This document shows positions 4,870 through 16,200 of a DNA stretch of 51,316 nucleotides, one piece after another. The notes under the pieces are model-generated. The model ran no database searches. It saw only the letters and a program-made list of their open reading frames with translations, and was not told where the DNA came from. Source of the stretch: an uncultured Candidatus Saccharibacteria bacterium (lineage in GTDB: Bacteria; Patescibacteriota; Minisyncoccia; Portnoybacterales; UBA2143); the NCBI GenBank assembly GCA_964629675.1, contig CAZVUG010000011.1, positions 1 to 51,316 of the forward strand. Reading direction: 5' to 3'. Each line of letters starts with the position of its first letter. The first letter of the stretch is position 1. The position numbers and the translations under genes are program-made.

Positions 4870-7483
4870 AAATAAAAATAAAATAAATCAGCGCTTTTTA
4901 AATATCCCTACTAATATATTTATGGGCCTGTTTGTAGTTTATTTGTTATTTTTTGCCGGCGTGATTGTTGTAAAAGCTGATGATTATCATAAACAAGGCG
5001 CTTTGCTATCAACAAATCTGTTAAGCGGGCTGGAAGATGTGGCTATTATCCAATCTTTTGAATGTACTGCGGATGTGCCTGCCTCGACTACTTTAAGTGT
5101 GACTTTTTCGCAAGACGGGACTCATTGGGTTAATCAATACGGTTATAAGGGTTTTTATGATGATTGTTCAGACGGCTCTACGACAATTGATCTAACTGCC
5201 TTGGAATGGACTGACGCTAATTTTTACTACAAACTTAAACTTGAAACTGCCAGCACAACTTTGACGCCCACAGTTAGCGGCATTCAAGTTAATTACTCTG
5301 ATAGTTATACGCCGCCAGCTTCTGGGCAGGACGGTTATTATAAACAAGGAACAGTGCTTTCGACTGATTTATTAGAAGGGATAGATTTAAATTTCAACGG
5401 TACGGAAAAATTTGGCTATCAAATTGATTCATTGCCGGCTGGGACGACAGTTCAAGTGCAATTCAGCCAGGATAGCGTTAATTGGTATAGTTCAACTAGC
5501 ACTCTCTGGGCTTGGGATACTTTGTCAGCAGGCGATCATTCTAATGCTGCCAGCGCAGTTGATTTATCAGAACTAAATTGGATTAGAAACAGTTTTTATT
5601 ATAAATTAAAATTTACTACTTCTGATAGTAGCCAAACGCCGGTTGTTAGCGAGATAAAATTATTAAGAAGCAGCACCTCTATTGATGATGATTCACCTGA
5701 TTTTTCAGAAGGGGTTGATGATCCCACAGGCAGCGCGCCTACTCCCTTTATTTCAACAATCATGGAAAACCCTGAATTAGGCCAATTCAGCAAGCTTTTT
5801 GACTGGGAAGCAGAGGTAGAATGCGACCTGACAGCCACGACCACCAGGGTTTTTTCCGGTTCCTTTACCGGAGCAGTCAATCACGGCGACACTGTCACTT
5901 GTGTCAGTGGAGGCATACACAATGGAATTACTGCTCGCGTTGTCTCAACAAGCACCAGCCAGCTTTTGCTGGATAATGCCACTTCTTCAGAAGCGGTTAT
6001 TCTCTCGGCTGGCGATAAATGGCAGGTAGATGGCGATAACTACTTTGCTCTTGCCGGCTCGGCCAACGAATTAGGCGATACTGCATATGCGGTGGCGAAA
6101 ATAGATGGAACCTGGTCTGCTGCCGACACCACGGCTGTGACCATTGACGGCTGGGAAACAGACGCCGATAACTATATCAAAATTTACACCACCAAGACAG
6201 CGAGGCATAATGGCAAGTGGGATGAGGGGAAGTATAGGATTGAGACTTTAGTTGACACTATTGTAAACCAAGAAGATTATGTGCGAGTTGAAGGTCTACA
6301 AATATATACAGAAGATAAAGGTTATATAAATTATGGAGATGGCGAGTTGCACTTAAGCTATTGTATAATTAAATCAGATGGTGGTGATGGTAGTTATGGT
6401 GTATATTATTTCGGAGATCACACTTCTACATTTAAGATGTGGAATAACATAATTTATGATTTTAATGGGACAAGTAGTTATTGCGTCTGTAGAATTGAAG
6501 GCTATTCTTATTGGTACAATAATACTGTTTATAACTGTACTGTTGGTTTTTCGGGTTATACAGGGGACGGAATATTAGTAGCGAAAAACAATATAACTCA
6601 AAGCTGCACGACTGGGTATGACAATTCAAGCTATTATGATACCCACTCCCATAACATCTCATCAGACGCTACATCGCCAGATGCGGCGTATCAGAACAAG
6701 AATGTTTCTTTTGCCGATGAGGATGGCGATGACTTTCACTTGGCGGGGAATGATGCGGCGGCGCGCAATGCCGGGGTGGATTTGTCTGCTGATGCTAATT
6801 TGGCTTTTTCTGATGATATTGATGGGGAAGAAAGAGGTTATCGGGGCTGGGATATTGGCGCGGACGAGACCTTTAAGTCCCTGATGATTAACACTCCCCA
6901 GAGAAAACGCCTCACAGACGGCTTAGTCGGCTACTGGACCTTTGACGGTCCGGATATGGACTGGTCATCTACCACGGCTGAAGTATTGGACCAAAGCGGA
7001 CAAGGCAATGACGGCGATGTGACCAATATGTCACAACAGTCTGTCGCCTCTGGTATCTCCGGCCAAGCGTTGGACTTTGACGGCGTGGATGATTATGTGG
7101 ATGCGGGGAATCTTGGCAGCGGAATTAAAACAATAGCTTTCTGGCTTAAGGCAGACGACATAACTAGCCGTAAGATTATTAATATAGACGGAACAGATCA
7201 AATTGAGATTGATGGCAGTAGTGATATTCAAGCAACCAGTTTTCCAAACGCAACTATTTATGTAGACGGAGCAGTTGCATCAACCATAACCGATGATTGG
7301 CACTTTGTTACTATCACAGATAGCACTGGAGTTAACGCTTCAACGATGAACATTGGGCGTGTTTCAACATCATATTTCGATGGCCTTATTGACGAAGTGC
7401 GGATATATGACCGAGCGTTGAGCGTGGATGAGGTTGGGGAGTTATATCGATCTGGATCAAGAAGATATAAGATTAAGCAATAA
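4859..7483 (+). CDS. Large secreted/surface protein: two tandem N-terminal repeat domains, beta-helix-like middle, C-terminal LamG/concanavalin-like domain
   Basis: Signal-like GLFVVYLLFFAGVIVVKA; duplicated KQG..LST.LL.G...FSQD...W...FYYKLK...TP.VS.I; WNNIIY/YNNTVY and WDIGADE; GLVGYWTFD...ALDFDGVDDYV...FDGLIDEVRIYDRALS. The start could be the ATG at 4922. Confidence 0.8.
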   Translation: MLPENKNKINQRFLNIPTNIFMGLFVVYLLFFAGVIVVKADDYHKQGALLSTNLLSGLEDVAIIQSFECTADVPASTTLSVTFSQDGTHWVNQYGYKGFYDDCSDGSTTIDLTALEWTDANFYYKLKLETASTTLTPTVSGIQVNYSDSYTPPASGQDGYYKQGTVLSTDLLEGIDLNFNGTEKFGYQIDSLPAGTTVQVQFSQDSVNWYSSTSTLWAWDTLSAGDHSNAASAVDLSELNWIRNSFYYKLKFTTSDSSQTPVVSEIKLLRSSTSIDDDSPDFSEGVDDPTGSAPTPFISTIMENPELGQFSKLFDWEAEVECDLTATTTRVFSGSFTGAVNHGDTVTCVSGGIHNGITARVVSTSTSQLLLDNATSSEAVILSAGDKWQVDGDNYFALAGSANELGDTAYAVAKIDGTWSAADTTAVTIDGWETDADNYIKIYTTKTARHNGKWDEGKYRIETLVDTIVNQEDYVRVEGLQIYTEDKGYINYGDGELHLSYCIIKSDGGDGSYGVYYFGDHTSTFKMWNNIIYDFNGTSSYCVCRIEGYSYWYNNTVYNCTVGFSGYTGDGILVAKNNITQSCTTGYDNSSYYDTHSHNISSDATSPDAAYQNKNVSFADEDGDDFHLAGNDAAARNAGVDLSADANLAFSDDIDGEERGYRGWDIGADETFKSLMINTPQRKRLTDGLVGYWTFDGPDMDWSSTTAEVLDQSGQGNDGDVTNMSQQSVASGISGQALDFDGVDDYVDAGNLGSGIKTIAFWLKADDITSRKIINIDGTDQIEIDGSSDIQATSFPNATIYVDGAVASTITDDWHFVTITDSTGVNASTMNIGRVSTSYFDGLIDEVRIYDRALSVDEVGELYRSGSRRYKIKQ

Positions 7484-7548
7484 ATTTGGAAAATATCGTA
7501 AAATATAATATAATTAGCTAAAGATAATTAATAAAGAAGGAGAAAAAA

Positions 7549-9891
7549 ATGAGTAAAATATTTAATTTGATTATCAGATATTCTTTGTATGGATTAATCT
7601 TTTTGATTCCGTTGTTCTGGCTGCCTTGGACAACTGAAACATATGAATTTAACAAGCTTTTTCTGCTCGTTATTTTAACAGCAGTTGCCTTTATGGCTTG
7701 GCTGGCCAAAATGGCCCTAACTCGGAATAAGATTGTTTTTTATCGAACGCCGCTTGATATTTTCATCTTAATCTTTATGGCCTTAATCGTTTTAAATGCT
7801 ATCTTTTCAATTGACAGTGTTAGCTCTTGGGCCGGGGATTACGGACGCTTTTCTAATGCAGCCGCTGGCTTTCTTGCTTTAGGCTTAATCTATTTCGTTA
7901 TTTTAAATAACGTTAAAAAAGTTAAAAAGCTTTCGACAGAAAAACTGCTTAATCTGTTTATTGGCTCATCGGCAATAGTTGTTTTAATCAGCTATTTATC
8001 ATTATTTAAATTCTGGGAAAAAATCTCAGTAATTCCTTCTTATTTGAAAAATATCTTTTTCAATCCAATTAGCGCTAATGGTGAATTATTAAGCGTCTTT
8101 TTAGGCATTATTGTCGGAGTAGCCGTTGGCTTGTTTATTAAAATGAGATTAGCCCAAGAAAACTCTAAATTTGCAAAAGGGCAGTCTCTTTTCTTGATCT
8201 TGCTTACCTTTGCCTCTTTGTTCCTGATGGCAGTCATAGATTCTTTTGAGTCTTGGCTAGTTTTAGGAATTTCAATGTTTATTCTAGTAATAGCTTCTTT
8301 TTGGACGCGCTTGTTTAGAGAAAGAATTAATCTGCTTATTCTGCCAATTTTGTTGATTCTAATTTCTTTAACCGGCTTATCAATGAATTTCCAACAGATT
8401 TTTCAAGAAAAGATGGGCTTAGGCAACAATATTCCTCAAGAAGTAATTTTAGATTACGGAATAACATTTGATATTACTTGGCAAACGCTGAAGGAATATC
8501 CTTTACTTGGCTCTGGCTTAGGAACCTTTACAGATGATTTTAATCGTTTTAAGCCGGCAGAATTTAATCAGAGCTCTTTTTGGAATTTTGAATTTGACAG
8601 AGCGCCTAGCCAAATCTTAGAAATGGTTTCAACGACTGGTGTTCTCGGCGTCTTGAGTTGTCTGGCTTTAATGATCGTTGCCTTGCTAATTAGTTTGGCT
8701 GGCTGGCGGAAGTCCAAGCAGATTTTAATCATTCTGCCTCTCTTTCTAGGTTTTGTTTCTTCTTTAGTAGCTCAATTTGTCTATTATGGCAGTTTAACTA
8801 TTTACTTTCCTTTCTGGGCTTTCTTAGCTTTAATTGTGGTTAGTCTCCGCGGAAATGAAATACTGCCAAAGAAAAAAATTTCCTTTTCTTTTAAGAAATT
8901 GCCGGAAGTCGGCTTGATTATGAATGTCGTCATGATTATTCTTTTCTTTGGCTTGGTTGCCTTAATCTATCTAGGATTTCTGTTTTACAAGGCAAATGTT
9001 AGTTATAAGGAATTTGTTGTTAATCAGCCGGCAGAATTAAAAGAAGCTGTCTCACAAATTGAAAGAGTCGTCAGATTAGACCCTTACCGCTGGCAATATC
9101 ACCAAAGACTTTCCCAATTTTATTTAATCGCTGCTCAGGCTGAAGCTGACAAGCCGAAAGAGCAGGCAGAAATTAGCTTGATTCAAGGATATGTTTCCGG
9201 AGCTATCCAACAGGCAAAATTATCTACTGAAATCAGCCCTAATTTATTTGGTCCTTGGCTGAATCTGGGAAATATTTACAGCAATTCGCGGCTATTAGTT
9301 AACGGCGCTTTGCCTTTTGCCATAGATGCATATAACAAGGCGCTGGAATTAAATCCCTACAATCCGATTCTCTATCGGGAGCTTTGCCGCAGCAGCCTTT
9401 TTATAGAAGAAAATGATTTTGAAGACACTATTTATTACTGCCAAAAAGCTATTGAGTTAAAGCCAAATTACTTAGATGCTCAAATGCAATTAGCTTTAGT
9501 CTTTGAGAAGAAAGGCGATTTAGAAGCAGCCACCAGGGAGCTGGAGTCAATCTTAGCTAAGATGAAAGGGACGAGCTTTTCCCGTGATTCGCAGTTAGCC
9601 CAGACAATCACAGAAATATATTTTCAGCTAGGGCGGTTTAATTTTAACCTGAAGAATTTTGCTAAAGCAATTAATTGGTTTGAGCAGTCAGTTATTGTCG
9701 CTCCGCAATATTCTAATGCCCGCTACGGCTTAGCTTTAGCCTACCAGAATAACGGCCGGCTGAAAGACGCTATTATCCAAATGGAAATTCTAGCCGAAGC
9801 TATTCCGGACAATGAGCAAGTCAGACAAATCTTGGCAACAATGAGGGATCAGGCATTGTCTGAAGCAGACGCCGAAGAGCCAGAAGATTAA
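7549..9891 (+). CDS. O-antigen ligase/Wzy_C-like multi-TM protein with C-terminal TPR repeats
   Basis: About 12 TM segments, YPLLGSGLGTF motif, and TPR motifs (AYNKALELNP, KAIELKPNY, ARYGLALAY). Confidence 0.75.
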   Translation: MSKIFNLIIRYSLYGLIFLIPLFWLPWTTETYEFNKLFLLVILTAVAFMAWLAKMALTRNKIVFYRTPLDIFILIFMALIVLNAIFSIDSVSSWAGDYGRFSNAAAGFLALGLIYFVILNNVKKVKKLSTEKLLNLFIGSSAIVVLISYLSLFKFWEKISVIPSYLKNIFFNPISANGELLSVFLGIIVGVAVGLFIKMRLAQENSKFAKGQSLFLILLTFASLFLMAVIDSFESWLVLGISMFILVIASFWTRLFRERINLLILPILLILISLTGLSMNFQQIFQEKMGLGNNIPQEVILDYGITFDITWQTLKEYPLLGSGLGTFTDDFNRFKPAEFNQSSFWNFEFDRAPSQILEMVSTTGVLGVLSCLALMIVALLISLAGWRKSKQILIILPLFLGFVSSLVAQFVYYGSLTIYFPFWAFLALIVVSLRGNEILPKKKISFSFKKLPEVGLIMNVVMIILFFGLVALIYLGFLFYKANVSYKEFVVNQPAELKEAVSQIERVVRLDPYRWQYHQRLSQFYLIAAQAEADKPKEQAEISLIQGYVSGAIQQAKLSTEISPNLFGPWLNLGNIYSNSRLLVNGALPFAIDAYNKALELNPYNPILYRELCRSSLFIEENDFEDTIYYCQKAIELKPNYLDAQMQLALVFEKKGDLEAATRELESILAKMKGTSFSRDSQLAQTITEIYFQLGRFNFNLKNFAKAINWFEQSVIVAPQYSNARYGLALAYQNNGRLKDAIIQMEILAEAIPDNEQVRQILATMRDQALSEADAEEPED

Positions 9892-9898
9892 TTTAGGG

Positions 9899-9926
9899 TT
9901 GACAAATTTTAATAGGTGATTATACT
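9899..9926 (+). promoter_or_regulatory. Sigma70-type promoter for rpoBC
   Basis: TTGACA (9899-9904), 16-nt spacer, TATACT (9921-9926). Confidence 0.6.
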
Positions 9927-10040
9927 TATATTAAGTAAGCAAAAATATTATTAGTCATCAAAGATAAAAAATTAAACTAATATAAAAAGACCCTTCTAAT
10001 GGGATGGTTTTAGTTTGTTTTTGTTACGCATTAATTGGCT

Positions 10041-13000
10041 ATGCCTAATAAATTTAATTTTCAATTACCTGATCTTATTGAGGTTCAAAAAAATTCCTAT
10101 CGTTGGTTTTGGGAAAAAGGCCTGAGAGAATTGCTGGATGAAATTTCGCCAGTTAAAGAATGGGGAGGAAAAAATTTAGAACTTCATTTTCTAGACTACC
10201 GTCTAGAAGAACCTAAATATGATGAGTTTGAAGCCAAGGTTCATAATGTTTCTTATGAGGCTTCTTTGTACTGCCGAGTAAAATTAGTTGATACAAAAAC
10301 AAAACAATCAAAGGAAACAGAAGTTTTCTTAGGTGATTTTCCCCTGATGACCGATCGCGGCACTTTTATTGTTAATGCAGTTGAGAGAGTCGTTATCTCC
10401 CAGCTAATGCGTTCGCCGGGGGTTTTTTTTGTTTCTCAGGTTCTCAAAGGAGGACAGTTTTTTGGCGCCAAAATTATTCCTAATCGGGGAGCTTGGCTTG
10501 AATTTGAAACAGACAGTGATGGAGCAATTGGCGTTAAAATTGACCGTAAAAGAAAAGTGCCGGCAACGTCAGTCTTGCGCGCTTTCTGGGCGATCGAACA
10601 GACCCATCCAGCTAAAAGGGAAATTGGCAATGAAGAGATTAAAAAGCTTTTTGCTGATATTAACAAAGGTGAGACCGACTATATTGAATCTACTTTAAAT
10701 AAAGATCCGGCTAAAACTGTCGGTGATTCTTTCGTTGAAATCTACCGCCGCATCAGGCCAGGCGACTTGGCGACCGAAGATAATGCCCGCAGCTTTATTG
10801 AGGCAATGCTTTCTTTCGAAAGATACGACTTGAGCGAGGTTGGCAGATGGAAATTCAACCAGAGATTAGAATTAGAGAAATTGAATAAAATTACAGAAGC
10901 AGAAAGAGTTTTGCGTTTTGCTGATATTGTCAAAGTAGTCAGAGAAATTATTAAGTTTAATAATAATCCTTTAGCTCAACCGGATGATATTGATCATTTA
11001 GGCAATCGCCGAGTAAAAAGTTTTGGCGAACTTTTGCAGAATAAATTAAGAGTCGGTCTTAGCCGAATGGAAAGAATTATTAGAGACCGCATGTCAACTT
11101 TAGAAGAAGATGAGCTAGGCCCGGGACAATTAATTAATGCTAAGCCGTTTATGGCTTCAATTAAAGAGTTCTTTTCTTCTTCACAGCTTTCCCAATTCAT
11201 GGATCAGCGAAATCCTTTAGATGAGTTGGAGCATAAACGTCGATTCTCGGCAATGGGCCCAGGCGGCTTAACTAGAGAAAGAGCCGGCTTTGAAGTTAGA
11301 GACGTCCATTCCAGCCATTACAGCAGAATTTGCCCGATTCAGACTCCAGAAGGACCTAATATCGGTCTAGTTGGCCATTTAGCCAGTTGCGCTCGCTTAA
11401 ATAAATATGGCTTTATTGAAGCTCCTTACCGAAGAGTTATTAAGGGCAAATTAACTAATGAAATTGTCTATTTAGACGCTTTAGAGGAAGAGAAATATAA
11501 TATTGCTCATGGCGGTACGCTAATTGACCAAAAAGGAGAAATTGTCGGCCATGAAGTAGAAGCTCGAGTCCACGGACAGCCAAGCACAATTGCTAAATCT
11601 AAAGTTAATTTTATTGATGTCTTACCGCAGCAGTCAATCAGCATTGCTACTTCTTTAATCCCTTTCTTAGAGCATGATGATAGCAACCGTGCCCTGATGG
11701 GATCTAACATGCAGCGGCAGGCAGTTAGCTGCGTTAAGCCGCAAGCGCCTTTAGTCGGTACTGGCATAGAAAGAAAAGCAGCAACTGATTCAGGCCAGGT
11801 AGTAGTTGCTGAAGAAGATGGCAAAGTAGAAGAGGTTGATGCTGAACATATCGGCATTAAAATTAAAAATTCAGCCAAAATTAGAAGATATCCTTTGCGT
11901 TCTTTTTTAAGAACCAACCAATATACCTGTATCTGCCAAATCCCTTTAGCTAAAAGAGGGGATAAAGTTAAAAAAGGAGACGTTTTGGCCGACGGAGCAG
12001 CGACTGATAAAGGGCAGTTATCTCTTGGCCAGAATCTTTTAGTTGCTTTTATGTCTTTGCGGGGAAGCAATTTCGAAGACGCTATTATTATTTCCCAAAA
12101 AGTAGTTAAAGATGATCGCTTTACTTCAATCCATATTGAAAGCTTCAATTGCGATGTCAGAGAGACTAAATTAGGCCCGGAAATAACAACGCCGGATATT
12201 CCTAATGTCGGCGAGGAAAAGCTGAAAGACTTAGACGAGGAAGGTATTGTCCGTATTGGCGCAGAAGTCGGGCCAAAAGACATTCTTGTCGGCAAAATTT
12301 CTCCTAAAGGAGAAACTGATTTGACTGCTGAAGAAAGATTATTGCAGGCTATTTTTGGCGAAAAAGCCAGAGATGTTAAAGATACTTCCTTAACAATGCC
12401 TCATGGCAAAAGAGGCCGCGTTGTTAATATTCAAGTCTTTTCTCGGGACAAAGGCGATAAATTGCCAGCTGGAGTTATTCGAAGCATCCAGGTAGAAGTA
12501 GCTCAATTGCGCAAAGTTTCAGTCGGAGATAAATTAGCCGGACGCCATGGTAACAAGGGGGTTATCGCTAGAATCTTGCCGGAAGAAGACATGCCTTATC
12601 TGGCTGACGGAACTTCAGTCGAGATTGTTTTAAATCCTTTAGGCGTTGCTTCGCGAATGAATATTGGTCAGATTTTGGAAACTCATTTAGGCTGGGCAGC
12701 AAATGCTTTGGGAATTCAGATAAACAGCCCGGCTTTAGCTGGTCTAAGCTCAGAAGATATTAAGGAAAAATTAAGAAAAGCTGGTTTGCCGGAAGACGGT
12801 AAAGTAACTTTGTATGACGGCCGTAACGGAGAGCCTTTTGAACAAAGGATAACGGTTGGTTATATATATATACTAAAGCTTCTTCATTTAGTAGAAGATA
12901 AGATACACATGCGCTCAATCGGCCCGTACTCTTTAATTACGCAGCAGCCTTTAGGCGGCAAGGCGCAATTCGGCGGACAAAGATTTGGCGAAATGGAAGT

Positions 13001-13208
13001 CTGGGCTTTAGAAGGCTATGGATCAGCTCATACTTTGCAGGAAATGCTGACAATTAAGTCAGATGATATTAGCGGCCGAGCAAATGCTTACGACGCAATC
13101 ATTAGAGGAAAGAAAATTGAATCAGAAAATGTTCCAGCTTCTTTTAATGTCTTATTAAACGAGCTTAAGTCAATTGGCTTAGACGTAGAATTGGTTGGTG
13201 AAAAATAA
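10041..13208 (+). CDS. rpoB: DNA-directed RNA polymerase beta subunit
   Basis: [42 protein letters not shown]. The ORF track starts at TTG 10035. Confidence 0.99.
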   Translation: MPNKFNFQLPDLIEVQKNSYRWFWEKGLRELLDEISPVKEWGGKNLELHFLDYRLEEPKYDEFEAKVHNVSYEASLYCRVKLVDTKTKQSKETEVFLGDFPLMTDRGTFIVNAVERVVISQLMRSPGVFFVSQVLKGGQFFGAKIIPNRGAWLEFETDSDGAIGVKIDRKRKVPATSVLRAFWAIEQTHPAKREIGNEEIKKLFADINKGETDYIESTLNKDPAKTVGDSFVEIYRRIRPGDLATEDNARSFIEAMLSFERYDLSEVGRWKFNQRLELEKLNKITEAERVLRFADIVKVVREIIKFNNNPLAQPDDIDHLGNRRVKSFGELLQNKLRVGLSRMERIIRDRMSTLEEDELGPGQLINAKPFMASIKEFFSSSQLSQFMDQRNPLDELEHKRRFSAMGPGGLTRERAGFEVRDVHSSHYSRICPIQTPEGPNIGLVGHLASCARLNKYGFIEAPYRRVIKGKLTNEIVYLDALEEEKYNIAHGGTLIDQKGEIVGHEVEARVHGQPSTIAKSKVNFIDVLPQQSISIATSLIPFLEHDDSNRALMGSNMQRQAVSCVKPQAPLVGTGIERKAATDSGQVVVAEEDGKVEEVDAEHIGIKIKNSAKIRRYPLRSFLRTNQYTCICQIPLAKRGDKVKKGDVLADGAATDKGQLSLGQNLLVAFMSLRGSNFEDAIIISQKVVKDDRFTSIHIESFNCDVRETKLGPEITTPDIPNVGEEKLKDLDEEGIVRIGAEVGPKDILVGKISPKGETDLTAEERLLQAIFGEKARDVKDTSLTMPHGKRGRVVNIQVFSRDKGDKLPAGVIRSIQVEVAQLRKVSVGDKLAGRHGNKGVIARILPEEDMPYLADGTSVEIVLNPLGVASRMNIGQILETHLGWAANALGIQINSPALAGLSSEDIKEKLRKAGLPEDGKVTLYDGRNGEPFEQRITVGYIYILKLLHLVEDKIHMRSIGPYSLITQQPLGGKAQFGGQRFGEMEVWALEGYGSAHTLQEMLTIKSDDISGRANAYDAIIRGKKIESENVPASFNVLLNELKSIGLDVELVGEK

Positions 13209-13213
13209 TATTT

Positions 13214-16200
13214 ATGTCAACAAAATTTACTGATTTTAATTCCATTATTTTAAAACTAGCTTCTCCGGAAGATATTTTAAAGTGGTCCCATGGAGAAGTA
13301 ACCAAGCCGGAAACTATTAATTACCGCACTCAAAGGGCTGAAAAAGACGGTCTTTTTTGCGAAAGAATTTTTGGTCCGGAGAAAGATTGGGAATGCGCCT
13401 GTGGAAAATATCGCCGAATCCGCTATAAGGGAATTGTCTGCGACAGATGCGGCGTTGAAGTAACCCGCGCTTCAGTCAGGCGCGAAAGAATGGGTCATAT
13501 CGCTCTGGCCGTACCGGTCTCCCATATCTGGTTCTTAAGAGGAGTCCCTTCTAAAATAGGGTTAGTTTTGGACCGCTCAGTTCAGGAATTAGAAAGAATT
13601 ATTTATTTCGCCGGCTACATCATTACAAAAATTAACGAAGAAGAAAGAAGTAAGGTTATTCATGAGATAAAGGAAGAATCAAGGAGAAAAACCAAGGGAG
13701 TTGCCGCTAAAGAAAAAGTTCAAGTCAAGAGAATGAGAGACGAAGCTATCCATGAATTAAAATCTTTGTATCTTCATCAGGTTCTTTCGGAAATAGAATA
13801 CCGGAATTTAAGCTTAAAATATGGCTCTGTTTTTGAAGCGGGGACCGGCGCAGAAACCTTAAGGAATATTTTTAAAGAAATAAATTTAGAAGCATTGGTT
13901 AAAGATTTAAATGACCAGGCCAAAAGAGTCTCGCCGGCTATTAAAAGAAAAGTTATGAAGCGTCTGCGGGTAGTTGAAGGAATGCTTCGGGCTAAAATAA
14001 GGCCGGAATGGATGTTTTTAACAGCTTTGCCGGTTTTGCCTCCGGGCTTAAGGCCAATGGTCCAGTTAGATGGAGGCCGTTATGCTACTTCTGATGTTAA
14101 TGATCTTTACCGCCGGGTTATTAATCGCAATAACCGCTTAAAGCATTTAATTGAATTAGGCGCTCCCGAAGTAATTTGCCGCAATGAAAAAAGAATGTTG
14201 CAAGAAGCGGTTGATTCCTTGATAGATAATACCAGCCGGCGCGGCCAGGTAACTGTCGCTGCTTCAACTGGCCAAAAAAGAAGCTTGAAATCATTAGCTG
14301 ACATGCTAAAGGGAAAACAAGGCCGGTTCAGGCAGAATCTTTTAGGCAAAAGAGTTGATTATTCAGCTCGCTCAGTTATTGTTGTCGGTCCTGAATTAAA
14401 ATTAGGCCAGTGCGGTTTGCCTAAATATATGGCCTTAGAGCTTTTCAAGCCATTTGTTATTAATAAATTAATTGAAAGAGGCCTAGCTCATAATGTTCGC
14501 GGAGCAGGCCGGTTAATTGAAGAAGAAATTGACGAAGTCTGGGGCATTTTGGAAGAAGTCACGCAGAAGCGTTATGTCCTTTTAAACCGAGCGCCTACGC
14601 TGCATCGCTTGGGCATCCAAGCTTTTCAACCAGTTTTAATTGAAGGCAATGCTATCCGCCTTCACCCAATTGTCTGCCGGGCTTTTAACGCTGACTTTGA
14701 TGGAGACCAGATGGCTGTCCATCTTCCCCTAGGCGAGGAAGCGCAAAAAGAAGCCAGGGAAATTATGTATTCAGTCAATAATCTGCTTAAGCCGGCTACC
14801 GGGGAGCCAGTCGCTATTCCTACCCAGGACATGGTTTTAGGCTGTTTCTGGATGACAGACATGAGGGATGGTCTTAAAGGAGAAGGCAAATTTTTTACCA
14901 ATGAACAAGAAGCTCTTCTGGCAAAGCATTTTGGCGCAGTTGATTTAAGAGCCAAAATTAAAGTTAGGTTAAATCCGCAAGACACTGAAATGACAGAGAC
15001 ATCAGTTGGCCGGTTAATTTTCAATGAATCTTTGCCGAAAGAAATGAAATTTGTTAACAAAGCAATGGATTCGAAAAGCTTGCGGAAATTAATCGCTGAT
15101 TTAATCGATAGATTTGGTATCCAGAAAACGGCTCTTGTCTTGGATAAAATCAAAAGAGTTGGCTTTAAATATTCTTCAACTTCCGGCATTAGCTGGGGAA
15201 TGGACGATCTGAGAATTTCTCCGCAGAAAAAAGAATGGATTAAAGAAGCCCGCCAGCAAGTAGAAATTGTTATGCAGCAATTTGACGAAGGCCTTTTAAC
15301 TGACAGCGAAAGAAAGGCTAAAATTATTGGTATTTGGCAAAGCGTCACTGATAAAGTCGGTAAAAGCACTTTAGATCTTTTAGAAAAAGACAGTTCTATC
15401 TACAGCATCTTTGCTTCGGGAGCCCGCGGATCTGCCGGCCAGCTTGCTCAGATGAGCGGCATGAAGGGCTTGGTTGTCAATCCAATTGGAGAAACTATTG
15501 AATTGCCGATTATTAGTTCATATAAAGAAGGCTTTAACGGCTTGGAATATTTCATCTCTACTCATGGAGGCAGAAAGGGATTGGTTGACACTGCCTTAAA
15601 TACAGCTAACGCTGGATATTTAACTAGGCGCTTGATTGATGTCTGTCAAAATATTGTTGTTAGGGAAAATGACTGCCATGACAATAAAGGTATCTTTATC
15701 TACAAAGAAGATGAAGAAAGCATTGGCAATTCTTTTGCCTCAAGAATTATCGGCAGAACAATTTTAGAAACAATTAAAGTTAAGCCTTCAGAAAAAAAAC
15801 AGAAAAAAGATGAAATTTTAATTAAAGCCGGTGAATTAATTAGCAGTGAAGTTGCCCAAAAAATAGAAGAGGGCGGCATTGAAAAAATCAGAGTTAGGTC
15901 AGCTATTAGCTGCCAGTCGGAAAACGGCATTTGCCAGAAATGCTATGGTTATGATTTGTCTAGAAATGAATTAGTTAAAATAGGCGAAGCCGTCGGTATT
16001 GTAACTGCCCAGGCAATTGGTGAGCCGGCAACTCAGCTGACTTTAAGAACATTCCATGCTGGAGGAGTCGCTGGCGCCCAAGACATTACTCAGGGCCTTC
16101 CACGAGTCGAAGAAATTTTAGAAGTCAGATCTCCCAAAGGAAAGGCGGTTATTTCGGAAGTTGACGGCCGGGTAACAGATGTTCTCGAAAGAGGATATTA

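Noticed and set aside
4859-7483. LamG protein as a third DGR target
   Set aside because: By eye there is no match to either TR and no CLec-type C-terminus; a BLASTN would confirm.
11507-15369. Long antisense ORFs in rpoB/rpoC (11507-12295, 14662-15369) and similar shadows in recA, mrdA, clp and the ATPase
   Set aside because: They are antisense shadows of conserved genes with no recognisable motifs.
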